Positions 1 through 13,728 of a stretch of 64,000 nt of DNA are shown here, one piece after another; position 1 is the stretch's first letter; each line of letters begins with the position of its first letter. Origin of the DNA: Macrostomum lignano (taxonomy: Eukaryota); the NCBI GenBank assembly GCA_002269645.1, contig NIVC01002269.1, positions 1 through 64,000 on the forward strand, written 5' to 3'. The notes beneath the pieces were generated by a model. It did not search any database. It was not told the DNA's origin and saw nothing but the letters and a program-made list of their open reading frames with translations. A program made the translations under genes and the position numbers.

Positions 1-3000
1 GACATGCATTTCCAAGGCGGAAGTGTACGGGACAATCAGGAAAATTAGAAATAGACGATTGACTTAAGCGATGTCTCAATAATGTGTTTTTGGTGTTTTT
101 AACAACTGTAAATGAGCAACTGCACAAAAAGACCCATTAACTATATAGGTAAAACTACTTCAAAGAGACTCAATTGAATTACCTCATTTTAATAATATAA
201 GTACCTTCACTAACATAGTCCTAGTCACATCACAATGTCTTATAAAGTTATGGTCTAATAATTAAAATAACGTCTTAACCATTCTACAGAATTTTATAGT
301 AGTGGACATTGTTAGACGCGATACTCAAGCGAGATTAAAGCCGACAACAGTCTGAGCCTGACTGTCTGGCCTCTGAACTCAATAGAAAAAAAACTAATAA
401 TACAGCCATTGTTGTGGGCCTCAGGTCGTCCACTCGTCCGTTGTCGACCTTTTTTCATTCTAATTGTATATACATTATAATCCCACAGTCCGCCCCACCC
501 CGTGCCCGCAGCTCGGCGAGTGACTGACAAGCTGCGGTCACTCATGGTCTGTGATGATGAAGGAGGATGCTGGGTGTGTCCTGAGCGACGAATCCCCAGA
601 CGACACGATGATGATGAGAGAAAGGAGTTGAACAAGCAATAGAAAGAGAAAGGTTTATAATTATTATAAGAGCTGCATTGCATGCGCAGAAATCTTGTGC
701 TAGAGTTGTTGTTGTTGGCCACAAAAGGTGTGGCGGTTGACAATAGAAGAAAGCAAGGCTTTGACGAAAGAAAGGTAAGAAAGTCTCGAAGCCTGCAGCT
801 AATGCTCAGGTATATCTGAGGTGGCTGCGGCTTGAGAGGGAATATTATAACACGCACCTAATGCCTTCGCCGTGTCCCGTGGTGGCAGTTCAACCGACCT
901 ACCTTATCCGACCCTCGATCCACCTGACTCCCTGCATCGTTCCGGCGCCGCATGCTGCTTCATCCGATTGAGCTCTGAGAGAGTCTGAGATTTTTAAAAA
1001 GAGATCGACCAACCCCGCCCCTCGCCGTCAAGATTGCATTCATTTGGCGGCAGGGCTCATTGTCTGGCTGCCTGCACAGCCTCTCTCCCTTTTATTTTGC
1101 GTCTTTTGTTACTGAGTGAGAGTTAGAGAGTTGACATGCGATGAAGTGGCTGTAGGGCTTATGATGATGATGGCGCCGCCCATTATTAATTGTGTGTGCT
1201 GTGTGTGTGCGTGTAACTATGCGCTGACACTGGCTTGGGCCCGCCTCTCTTCCCGCCCAGATATAGGCCTGTATATATAAGGATTTTCAATAGACTTTCA
1301 ATATAAGGTCCTCCCCTCTTTGTTGTTGCAGAAAAGTGGGGATTTAGTGAAGAAAGGTCGAGAGAACGAGAGAGTTTTCGAGGCGACAGCCGGCAGGTAT
1401 GTAGGCTATATGTGATGCGGTTTTCCGAAAGTGTCAAATTCAAACGTTGATTTTACTGAAAATAAAAATAATTAACAGGTTAACAAAGCCACTTTTGTTT
1501 AATTGGCTATTTTTAAAAAACTATTTTCCGGCTTTGGTTCGAATTTCAAATTAGCATGGACTATTGGACCTTTAGATCGCAGAGGCTTTCCCGAATTTCC
1601 AGGAACCGAACTAAAAGAAACCCTACCCGCCGGCGGGTAGCAACTACAAAAATTTGCTTTATCGCAGATCAGATTGTTACTCGTACTCACCCTGTTGTTT
1701 AGTCTCGGCTCGAGGTCCGGAGCAGGCGGCACAATACAGTACACTCGAAAATATATATTGCAGCACAGCAATCAAAGTCGAATATTGATTGGGTATAATT
1801 CCTCTTGGAAAATGTCTTTGAATTACTCACTTTGCCTATCGATTACTGGGCTAGACGTGGGCTAGAAAATTCCAAGCCAGAAATTTTATTGTTCAAATAA
1901 AAGAAAATAACACTTTTTAGTCGAATTTTGCCCGGTGAATAAAAAATAGACTTGGGCTTGCGGCCTTTTGGTGGTTGTTCGCCTAGAAAGTGAGAGTAGA
2001 GAGAAGAAAAATAAAAAGAAACAATTCTATTCTGGTCTAGGACTGACTCACTAAGAAAAGAGAAAATGGAATGTGTTCTAGCCAGAAGAAAGAAAAACCT
2101 GTTTTGCCTTGTTCAAAATAGCTCACGCAACTGTTGTATTCGGTTCTGTCTGTATCGTTCGCTCGCTCGTTCGCTCTTTTTAGTCTTGCTGCCCCTCCCC
2201 CAAAGTCTGAACAGGCTTCGCTCGGGTGGCAAAATGCACAATAAACAATTGGTTGGAAGGAAGAGGGCGCTCGCTTTAGCGGAGAGAAGAGTGCCATTAA
2301 GCTACACAAGGCTAAGGCTTATACAGCGACACCCAGCCGCAGTGAGGCCTTTACAATTGTATTCAACCTGACCCCCTCATCCTAATGTGGCGCACAAAAT
2401 GTTCTCCCCCTCCATTATAAGAGACTATATGAACTGGTTGGGGGGACGGGGGTTGTGGATTGGCGCACCAGACTAAGGCCATAAAACGAGCCAAAGTAAA
2501 GAGTGGAGAAAGGCTACAAGTACACCCACCCCAAAGTTGGCGCGCGGGCCCCTTCTATTCTGTCCTTATCAGTGGGGGAAGGGTTTAAGTGTCGGTGGGG
2601 TGGAAAGGGTTGAGGGTGGGGCAAAGGCAGAGAATAGCGGAGTGAGGGGTAGGGGTCCATTATTAAAATTAAGTATACCCACCCGCTGCTACTAAAATTG
2701 GCGAGACGGGGCTAGAAAAATAAGGGCTGATGCTGCCAGCGCAAGCAGTCAGTCCCACCCAGCCGTGGGTTGGTCGCTGCGCGTGGCTGGTTGAAAAGAA
2801 AGGAAGAAGGGTTGGAGGTACGAGCTAAATTAGAAGGCGCAATTTTGAAATAAGAAAGAATTCCAACAACACTTGACTCCGTTGTAGCGGTTTTCCTGTG
2901 AGCGCAGTGCGCCCCGCCTGGTCCGACTTAGGCTGTGTGCATGTACAGCACAGTATCAACCGTTTGAATGGGCCATGTGTGTCCTTCAACTACAAAGCAA

Positions 3001-6000
3001 AGCTCATATCCGAAGCCACCACCCCTTTGCAACAAGCTACAAGGCGCTCAGCTCCACTTTCTATTCCTGCTTAAATTATATTTATGTTTTCCATAGGCCT
3101 CTGCAATTACAAGTACAATGCACACAAGCTTTTTGCTTTGAACTCAGAAGATACATGAAAGTAAAAATGATTTGAAAAGTCTTAAACTTCTACTCTAAGG
3201 CAACACTTATCGACCTCGATATCCAATATTACTTTCCAGTATCCGTCTATCCTTATTGTTACAGCACGCTCGTGGTCAGCGATAGATTGCAATAGCAAAA
3301 ATTGCAATAAAAGGCTATAGTCTAGTTAGCATGCATGACAATGCGTCGATCGTGCCGTGCGTATGTCAGCTTAAAATGCAAATCTATACTTACATTTCCA
3401 GCGTTCTATTAATAGCGATTACTAGCAGGGGTTATAAGCAGATCAAAGCGAATACTGGACCGGACCTCACTCACTGCCCAGACAGTAGGAGGTAAGATAT
3501 AAGGTATGGCTCGAATAGTGGCCAAATTCTGCGTGAATAGTGAATAGAAACCAATAGGAAATTCGAACACCAAAGACTGCTCAGAGTTCAGCTCGGAGAT
3601 CACCTTCAGTGGCGTATATGTAGCTTCATCTTGAGGAGCAGGAGGAGGTCACGAGTCAGAGCCAGAGCACCCAGATTCCCACAGTCATTGTTCAGTCGCC
3701 AGGAAAATAAATTTTGCTATAGTGGGGCAAGAGACCCAGATCCCAATCACTGAGCAAAACAATTTAGCGTTAGCTCGACAAGGTGAAATTTTAGCTTTTA
3801 AAAGTCGTGTCTCTTACATGCACCCTGTTGTTGACAATTGCAAATAGTAAGACTCAAAACCCCCAAGGACCACAGACAGGAACTCACCTTTTTTAGTATT
3901 GTTGCTTTCTTCACCTTTAAGCAAAGCGTTGAAACGTTTCGTTATTGATTTCTTTCTTGGGAGTTCGACTAAAGGGTAGATGGCATGGATGGCTGGCCGA
4001 ATGGACAGCTCGGCAACTAGACCAATCGGGTATTGTTGTTACCAGCGAGCGTCGATAACAAGTCCAACAACAATGCACAATCGAGCATCCGCCGGTTTTT
4101 TGGAGTTCAGTCGCTTCTCTGCTGCAGTGCCAGCAAATCGATAGAGCCTTTTGAGGGAGGCTGAGAGGGGGCCGGGGAAGTGTCGGGATAAGTGATGTAG
4201 CAAGGGTAGGTCGGCGTTCGGAGGCCCAGGAGAGATCGAGGCGGCGCAGTTTTTGGGGACCCGGAGAGTGCGTGCGAGAGGGAGAGAGAGAAGGAGAGAG
4301 AAAGGAGTGTGTTAGTTGTGTGTGGGAACAGAGGGTAACACAAACGGCGCACAAAACACTGCTGATGGTGGCAGAGCCCTTACCCTTCCTTCATCCCCCT
4401 CTGTGTTCCAAGACTTTGGGTTGGCTCGGGCCAGAGAGTTCTTTCAATTCAATGGGAGAGAGAAAGGGGAGGAGCGGAGGCTGAAGGATGCAAAAGGGGA
4501 AGGGAGAATGAATGGGGATGGAGATAAGCTCGACCAACCTCCCCTCAAACTACCCCTTCGTCTCTTTCCACTGTGCCTCCCAGAGGCTTCACATGGGCTC
4601 GACAACCGAGGCAGCATCCCTGCATCCCCCAATACCCTCTCCTGGAAGCCCCACCCCTCCGCTTGCTCCGTCTCCCCTTTCGAATAAGCTCGAAGCCCTG
4701 AAAGCCTGCCTCTGACACGCGAAGTAGCCGGGAGATAATAGAGACTGTACGGGAGGCAAGCCAGCCTGGCTTTAGCCACACACAAGGGAAAATCGCCCCT
4801 CTGTTCCCCATCCTACTGTCTCTCTAACCCATCGGTCTCCCCGCTCCCCTACCCACGCCTCGCTCTTTTCGACGAATACATTGTGTGTCACGCGGCCCCG
4901 TACGTCACCGAGGCCCACTGCTGTACGCCACAAACTATTCGAGACCGGAGTGGGGAAGAGAAACAGGAGAGAGAAATGGGAGAGACGAATAGCAAGCTGG
5001 TGCAGCCCAGAAAGAAAGAGGAGCGAGAGAACCGGCAACCCTCCCCATATATTTTGCCTCTTTCTTCTCCATTCCTGGCTGCTCCACAGAACCCCTTGGT
5101 TTCCTCGTCTTCTCCCAGCTAGCTACCCATTTTCCCCCGAGGCGGAGGTGGGGTAGGTGGGGGAGAACGGAGAACAGGAGGAAGGATTCGCCTGGGAGCT
5201 GATGGGAACAAGAGAATTCGAAATCGAGGAGGGAGTCCAAGAGTAGGGGGGGGGGCTGTTTGGATCGAGTCCCAGAGTCTCCATCCGCTCGCACGGCATT
5301 CCCCCTCTTCCAGTCTCCTACGAGTCTCCCCTCGGTTGGCTTCGTCACGCCTGTGCCTGTTCCACTGTTCCCCGCGCTCGTGTGCGCGAATTCGAATGCA
5401 CCACTTTTGTGTTCAATCGCGGCACACAGTCGCCCAGCACTCTGTCTCTATACGGCTGCGCCTATTGTGTACAATGAATAGACCCAGGAGGAAGAGAGAA
5501 GAGAGGCGGAGAGACGATGGAGAGGATCTGGGATATTATGGGAGAATTGTTGTGCCGCTGCTGCCGGCTTCTGGAGGAAAGAAAGGAAAGAGAGGGAGAG
5601 GAAGGGGAGAAATACGAGGCAAAGACGAGGAAGGAAAAGGAAGCTTCGAATGGGAGGAGAAGCAATTTCAGCAGACTCCGGGATTTGGGATCATTCGATG
5701 GGGAGACTCCTTCAGCTCGCCTCCTTTCTCTTACTCTTGCTCTCCTACCCCTCCATCGGATGCATTCTTTTCTTTCTGGCTCAACCGCCTCGCTCGGTGA
5801 AGCCTTTCCCAAACTGAGAGCTCGCACCTCCATTCTCCCCTCTCCCTCCCCCTTTCTGTCGCCTCGCCATCGCTCTCCTGCAATTCCCCATGACTTACGC
5901 ACACAATTTCGAAGCAGACAGACACAGCGCAGACAGGCAATCCACGGCATATTCAGCTGCCGCCAGCCAACTCCCCCCCCCCTCGGGCTCTCTCTCCCAC

Positions 6001-9000
6001 CAGCCTCTATATAGTAGTTAGTCTTCCTTCGACTCTAGTATAGAGACCACGCAGAACATCGAGTAGGAAGACAGAGAGAGGCAGAGAAGAGATAAAGACA
6101 GAGTGTAGAAGGAGGTGAAAACCAGCAGCTTGGAGGAAGAAAAGTGACTTCCTTGTCAGGCGCGGCCTTCGACTCAGTTCTGTTTCACACACTCTTCGTC
6201 GCTTCCCCGGCGAGGCATCCCTTTATTTTACACCGACTGACACATTCGCGGGCCTGGGGACCTTATTCGAGAAAATTCCCCACCCCCATGTGCCGTGCTC
6301 CCTTTCTTCTTTCCTCCATCCTCATCCTCGCACCACTTTATCCTTCTCTGCCCCTCAGCCTTCAGCCCGCCAAGTCTTTTAACCCGAGCTGCAGGCGCGG
6401 CGGCAAAGTGGATGACTTAGCTATTTTCCGTGAGGGTTGGGAGGGAGTTAGCGGTAGCTGTGCTGGGAAAGAGACAGTAGATAGTTTCGAGGTTGGGGAA
6501 TGAGGCTAGCAAAGAAGTCCTGAGTCACCTGGGCATCCCCAGAAGGCGCCCGGCGACTAACTCGCATGTTGTCAATAGGCCCAAATAAAGCAGAGTTTCG
6601 AATTTCTTGAGAAGCCAGCCTTCGCTGCAACAACAAATAATTATCCGACTCCCCTGTCGTCAAAATTTATTAGCATTTCATTTAATCCTGATGTGATTCA
6701 ATCTTCTGAATTTTCAATTTTCTATTCATCGACAAGTAAATAACAAAAGCAACAAGAGATGTAAGCCCCATACAGATAGTCAGTCCACTAATCGATGAGT
6801 TTAGCAGGTAAATCCCTGAAGATATTGGGAGCCAGACCGGACACAGAATGTCCTGAGCAGCATGGCGTCCAGCTGTCGCTATCGTAGCCATCAGCTTCAC
6901 GTCTCGGCTCGTCCAATTAGGACAGATAAGCAGACAAACGCGAGAGCGTACCGTACAGACACACTCACAGATGGTCTGTACGGTACGGTACGGTACGGTA
7001 CGGTACAGTAAAAGTTAAATGTTCGTATAGTAATACAGAAGTAAGCGTGCATCGATCGATATTCGTCGATACTGGAACAACATTTTGGGGAGAAATCTGA
7101 AATATAAGCGCAACCTAACCTTACTTGGGGTTAATCGGATTTCAAGCTCGTTGAGTTTCCAGCAAAGTGCATGGAATCACCTCATATCTGGATATTAAAA
7201 CAAAAGCAACAAAATTTGAAAGAAATTCTTGGAAGGCAGCAAAACTTACGGCGGCTTCATCTATGCACACGAAGGTGGGTGGAAAGTGATATATTACGTC
7301 ACTGTTCTACTCTTGGTGCAGATTTTTTTCTCAATAAAATTGTCCACTTGAATATTATGGCAGCGGCTACTGCTGCAGCGAATGGAGATTCTCAAATTGA
7401 TCGGGCTTAGTTATCAACTTGTCTGAAAAAAGCATTGCTTGTCAGGTGTGTGGCTACGGTTGATGGTACGATGGTCAGGTTATTACCGAGCGCCTTATTA
7501 CAAAGTCGGACACATTTGCTGCGCTCTCAAATTAATGCGAAAACAGGTGCGCGGAATCGGAATTACGCACTTCGTAATCTATAGCTACCCCCCCCTCCCC
7601 CGGTTTAATTTTTTATACATTCCAAATTGGACCATTCCAAACAAAAACACAGTATATCCCGTAGCAACACAACGAATAGCGAATACGTTCGTGTAGGCGC
7701 TGAGTCCAGTCGATTAGTCAGGGGGGGGGGGTAGTTTTCTTTACCCCCATCTGCCCGCCTTGTTTGCCTCGCTCTCCAGAATCCCTTCCTTCCAAATTCA
7801 TGCATAATCAGTTTTTTGCCCATTGTGCTTGTCTTGAGGAAGGAGAGAGCTGCCCTCAGTCCGGTCTTGAGTGCGGCTTTCTCCAGCCGTTATTCAACTC
7901 CCCCAGGGCAACAATACATCTGCTTTGAAAATCTTGCTGAGAGCGGAGAGATGAATTGAGAATGCGAATTATATGCATAAATAATAAAAAATTACATTCA
8001 GCATTTCGGCTTAAAGAGTGAAACACGAAACAGGAAAATAGGGCCGGGCCGTTGTACCCAGTACCCGCACAGAAGGACTGACTGGTCGGGCTTGTGGCGC
8101 AGTTGATGAAGAATAAGAATGCTCCTTCCATCCGAGAAAAGAAAATGGGAAGCGACGGCTGTGAAATGCTTTCTGGTTAATAAGTACCGGTATTGATTCA
8201 GGATCTCGAAATTAATAAACTGTGATTTTTGTCAGGAAATTCGTTTCTGGTACCGTCAATGGTAGTCTTTTGTTAAACAGAATCCAGATAAAAAGCAAAG
8301 TAGTTTCAGATTATTATTTTGATTAGTTAATCGACTAAAAGTTTGCCTTCTGTTGGAGTTTCATAATTGCGAAAATTATATTGATGCTTGATGATGAAAA
8401 TCAAGAAAAAAAAATAAAATATATGATACCGAATGGTCCTACGGTATATACTAGTAGTCCATAAATTGCTCTAGTGCAAAAATGGTTTGATTAAAACAAA
8501 ACTCAGTCTAAATTCTGAAAATTATTGAAATCTATTCCAGTGTTATTACTACCTATAAAAACACTATGGCCTAAATCACATAAATGGCGTTTGACTTTGA
8601 AGTAGTTCAAAGTCACTCTTAATCATGTCAATCGATACCACTGCACCTCCACGCTAAAGCATGCATTGAAGCAAGTAAGAGGAGAGAGGGAATATAGGAT
8701 GAGTTTGAGTCGAGTGGCATGAGTCGAGATAAATAAACAGAAAGAGACTGCAGGAGAGACAGGAAAGATTGAAGGGGAGTATTAGGGTCGCGGGTTTCAC
8801 CGCTAAGACACTTCTTATCCCATCTTCCTTATCCCATTCGCAGACAGAGTTTTGCCGGCCGGTAGAGCTTGGAGTTCGGCTGCAGCAGTCGACTCTTGCT
8901 CGCAGAAGAGGCCGACTGCGTGTAATCAGAGAGACAGGGGAATCTGGATGGGCTTGATGGGACGGACGGGACGGGGAGAGGAAAGGCGTGGGCGCGAGTG

Positions 9001-10117
9001 CGAGAGGCGAGAATAAGCGGGATCGCGAGGCAGAATCTTTGCCTCATCGCACACAATGGCAGCTGCAAAAGAGGTGGCTGGGGGAATATTCCACAGCAGC
9101 CTGGTTTTCGCCTCGATGTCTCTCCCATGATCCCCTTCTAACTCTTCCCCGCCTGCCGTCCCGACCCCGAGGCCAACAAAAGGAAGACGCTGAAAGCAAG
9201 GCGGGATGTGCGTGCGAATTCGCACTCGAGATTCTGGGGGAGGGGGGGGCGGCGCAGCACGCGTGCGTCTTGCCTCATCAGAGTTTCCAGAGCTTGCAAG
9301 CAATAGTTGAGGGAGAATTCTATCCTCGTATCAGCGAGTTCCGTCCCTTCTAGCGATTATTTACGCCCTGCTGGTGCCTGTAACTACTATCTAACGATGC
9401 ACAAGCTGAAGCGAAAGTAAAAGTCAATTTAATGATTTTGTAGAGGCAAAGCGCTCCTCCGCCGACTCCGCCTCTTCCCTCCGTTGTAACTACACACAAA
9501 GCAATATTATTATTGTTCCCCGTTCTGTTGCTGCTGAAAGCAGCCTCACAGGTGCTGGAACAATGACAGAGCTACTATATAAAGACTCAGAGGGAGAAGG
9601 CAGTGCTAGCAAATTCTTCTTTGTCAAAGCCCATTGTTTCTATCTGCAGTCAATAGCCTTTTACTCTGCTTATTGTATATATTACAATATTCAGACGTAC
9701 CCCTCCCCTACTTAACCAATGCGCCCCAGAGAGCTACTCACACCTTTGTCTCCTAGGGGAAGGTAGCTGAGTTGCATTATCTTCCTTGTTCATTGTTTCA
9801 TTTTGCCAAACAATGGCCTACGGCAGGCTAACAGAAGAAAATAAACCCATACCCGGGCCAGCCACCTTGGCGAGTAACGGAGACCAATGGCATAGTCTGT
9901 CAACGTAACACAATGGAACAATGCACGAGGTGGGTGAACACTGAGACAGCTTGTCCCATCTCTGGCTATAGCTGGGTACGGCTGAGGCAATTATCCACAA
10001 AGAAAACTTAGCAAGAGAATAGTTAATCAATTCTATACAGGGCTTGGCACAGGAAGGCCGTCCGAGACGTTATGTAGGATATTCAGACATTATTACAGCA
10101 AAAAATTGTAAGGGCGA

Positions 10118-11715
10118 TTATTGAGGTGTCGGGGCGATTCTGAGTCACTTAAGGCAATTATTGAGGTGTCGGGGCGATTCTGAGTCACTTAAGGCAATTA
10201 TTGAGGTGACGGGGCGGTTTTAAGTCGCTTAAGGCAATTATTGAGGTGTCGGGGCGATTCTGAGTCACTTAAGGCAATTATTGAGGTGTCGGGGCGATTC
10301 TGCATCACTTAAGCCAATTATTGAGGTGTCGGGGCGATTCTGAGTCACTTAAGGCAATTATTGAGGTGTCGGGGCGATTCTGCATTACTTAAGCCAATTA
10401 TTGAGGTGTCGGGGCGATTCTGAGTCACTTAAGGCAATTATTGAGGTGTCGGGGCGATTCTGCATTACTTAAGGCAATTATTGAGGTGTCGGGGTGATTC
10501 TGCATTACTTAAGCCAATTATTGAGGTGTCGGGGCGATTCTGCATCACTTAAGGCAATTATTGAGGTGTCGGGGCGATTCTGAGTCACTTAAGGCAATTA
10601 TTGAGGTGTCGGGGCGATTCTGCATTACTTAAGGCAATTATTGAGGTGTCGGGGTGATTCTGCATTACTTAAGCCAATTATTGAGGTGTCGGGGCGATTC
10701 TGCATCACTTAAGGCAATTATTGAGGTGTCGGGGCGATTCTGAGTCACTTAAGGCAATTATTGAGGTGTCGGGGCGATTCTGCATCACTTAAGCCAATTA
10801 TTGAGGTGTCGGGGCGATTCTGAGTCACTTAAGGCAATTATTGAGGTGTCGGGGCGATTCTGAGTCACTTAAGGCAATTATTGAGGTGTCGGGGCGATTC
10901 TGAGTCACTTAAGGCAATTATTGAGGTGTCGGGGCGATTCTGCATCACTTAAGCCAATTATTGAGGTGTCGGGGCGATTCTGAGTCACTTAAGGCAATTA
11001 TTGAGGTGTCGGGGCGATTCTGCATTACTTAAGCCAATTATTGAGGTGTCGGGGCGATTCTGCATTACTTAAGCCAATTATTGAGGTGTCGGGGCGATTC
11101 TGAGTCACTTAAGGCAATTATTGAGGTGTCGGGGCGATTCTGAGTCACTTAAGGCAATTATTGAGGTGTCGGGGCGATTCTGCATTACTTAAGCCAATTA
11201 TTGAGGTGTCGGGGCGATTCTGAGTCACTTAAGGCAATTATTGAGGTGTCGGGGCGATTCTGAGTCACTTAAGGCAATTATTGAGGTGTCGGGGCGATTC
11301 TGCATTACTTAAGGCAATTATTGAGGTGTCGGGGTGATTGTGAGTCACTTAAGACAATTATTGAGGTGTCGGGGCGATTCTGAGTCACTTAAGGCAATTA
11401 TTGAGGTGTCGGGGTGGTTTTAAGTCGCTTAAGGCAGCTATTGAGGTGTCAGGGAGATTCTAAAGGATTAATGACTAGTATTGAGGTGTCGGGGAGATTC
11501 TAAAGGATTAATGACTAGTATTGAGGTGTCGGGGCGATTCTAAAGGATTAATGACTAGTATTGAAGTGTCGGGGAGATTCTAAAGGATTAATGACTAGTA
11601 TTGAGGTGTCGGGGAGATTCTAAAGGATTAATGACTAGTATTGAGGTGTCGGGGCGATTCTAAAGGATTAATGACTAGTATTGAGGTGTCGGGGCGATTC
11701 TAAAGGATTTATGGC
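10118..11715. repeat. 40-bp minisatellite array (about 40 units)
   Basis: Unit TTGAGGTGTCGGGGCGATTCTGAGTCACTTAAGGCAATTA. The last ~7 units switch to a TAAAGGATTAATGACTAGTA variant. Confidence 0.97.
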
Positions 11716-12497
11716 GATTATTGGTGTCGTGCGAATCGTGCAACCTGTCGTTCAGGCTGGAAGTCTTCTATTAAACTAAATTGTCAAGTTGACTCGCTTG
11801 CATAATGGTAGCCTATTGTGCGAAAATAATAAAATGCTGACAATCTGAAAAGAAATAATATTAAGCAGGATGAAGTGAGAATGCAATTCCATCCAGGTGG
11901 TAAATGAGTGAAGACACCAACCAGCATAAGGTAAATGCTTGGGCGCCTCTTCCCTGGCTATTGAGAAACCGGTTCACAAGATCACAATAGGCAAGCAAAG
12001 CCGAATTCACAATAAAAAATTCTAATGAGAACGATTGATCAGGCCCCGCATGTGTTGATTGTTAACAACCTGAGGGCGGACTGAAGAGAATTTTGCTCCT
12101 CAACCACTTCTCCATCGTTGTTTTGTTCCTTCTTTTCTCATTTCTTTTGTTAACAACAGCATACATGTAGGAGCTACATTGTCGTCCCAGCCAGAGACAG
12201 GCATGGTGACGACAGGTGACTTCTATAGCTAGCTAGTTAGCAGTACAGTACGCGGTCGCGCTTCCATTGTTTCACTCGATGGGTGAATGAATGAATTGGG
12301 AGACGACGGTGTTGGAGACAATAGGGGGGAATCGACGGGTGATTATGCTCAACCCTCCCCCCGTCTAAACTGTTGTTCAACACACCGTTGATCTTGTTTC
12401 TATAAATGCACACCCGTAATTTAATTGAAAATTTTCTCATCTATAATAAGCAGACTTGCAAACAGCATATCTAGCTAGCGTTGCTTAATCCGGTGGT

Positions 12498-13728
12498 CAT
12501 AGGCGTAGGAACTGGGGGGGGGGGGGAGGGGCAGTGGGGACATGGCTTCTCCACATTTTAAATGCAAAATGCAGACTTTTTGCTTATTTTTTATTCTTTC
12601 TTTTATTTTTGCTGCTTTGCATGAATGCATTTTGCTGCAGGGCGACAAAACAGAGTGCCTGCGGCGCTAAAATGGGTGCCTGCGGCGCTAAAATGAGTGC
12701 ATGCGGCGCTAAAATGAGTGCTTGCGGCGCTAAAATGAGTGCCTGTGGCGCTAAAATGAGTGCTTGCGGCGCTAAAATGAGTGCTTGCGACGCTAAAATG
12801 AGTGCCTGCGGCGCTAAAATGAGTGCATGCGGCGCTAAAATGAGGGCCTGTGGCGCTAAAATTGGGACTGCGGGGCTAAAATTGGGACTGCGGGGCTAAA
12901 ATTGGGACTGCGGCGCTAAAATTGGGACTGCGGGGCTAAAATTGGGACTGCGGCGCTAAAATGGGTGCCTGCGGCGCTAAAATGGGTGCCTGCGGCGCTA
13001 AAATGGGTGCCTGTGGCGCTAAAATTGGGACTGCGGGGCTAAAATTGGGACTGCGGGGCTAAAATTGGGACTGCGGCGCTAAAATGGGTGCCTGCGGCGC
13101 TAAAATGGGTGCCTGTGGCGCTAAAATTGGGACTGCGGGGCTAAAATTGGGACTGCGGCGCTAAAATTGGGACTGCGGCGCTAAAATTGGGACTGCGGCG
13201 CTAAAATGGGTGCCTGCGGCGCTAAAATGGGTGCCTGCGGCGCTAAAATGAGTGCCTGCGGCGCTAAAATGGGTGCCTGCGGCGCTAAAATGAGTGCCTG
13301 CGGCGCTAAAATGAGGGCCTGTGGCGCTAAAATTGGGACTGCGGGGCTAAAATTGGGACTGCGGCGCTAAAATGGGTGCCTGCGGCGCTAAAATGGGTGC
13401 CTGTGGCGCTAAAATTGGGACTGCGGGGCTAAAATTGGGACTGCGGGGCTAAAATGGGTGCCTGCGGCGCTAAAATGGGTGCCTGCGGCGCTAAAATGAG
13501 TGCCTGCGGCGCTAAAATGAGTGCCTGCGGCGCTAAAATGGGTGCCTGCGGCGCTAAAATGAGTGCTGACACAGATTCTAAAAATAATTGGTACATGATA
13601 ATGTGCATTTTCCATAAAAATAGAAAAATCTATCTCGACATTCAGAACGTGCACCCTGTGCGCCCCCCCCCCCTTAAATCCGCCACTGAAGCCCCCCCCC
13701 CACTTTTTGAAACGTTCCTACGCCTATG
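12498..13728. mobile_element. Non-autonomous hAT-like element (MITE) carrying an internal 21-bp minisatellite
   Basis: Perfect 15-bp TIRs CATAGGCGTAGGAAC (12498-12512) / GTTCCTACGCCTATG (13714-13728). Exact 8-bp TSD CCGGTGGT at 12490-12497 and 13729-13736; an 8-bp TSD is typical of hAT. Confidence 0.9.
12655..13567. repeat. 21-bp minisatellite inside the MITE
   Basis: Unit GCGGCGCTAAAATGGGTGCCT and variants, ~43 copies; source of the spurious MSACGAK ORFs. Confidence 0.95.

Noticed and set aside
3917-6192. Cluster of 60-165-aa ORFs, with RIWD/CCR similarity to 14972-15196
   Set aside because: Overlapping ORFs in all frames caused by GA/CT skew; the shared motifs are too short to be significant.
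6948-7006. 13-bp hairpin running into (GTACG)n
   Set aside because: Too short for a pre-miRNA; explained by the microsatellite.
7586-7734. CTACCCCCCC / GGGGGGGTAG inverted pair
   Set aside because: Low complexity and no TSD.
10118-11715. Regular repeat with variable half-units resembling a CRISPR array
   Set aside because: The variable parts are minor variants of one another, not unique spacers; eukaryotic context and no cas genes.
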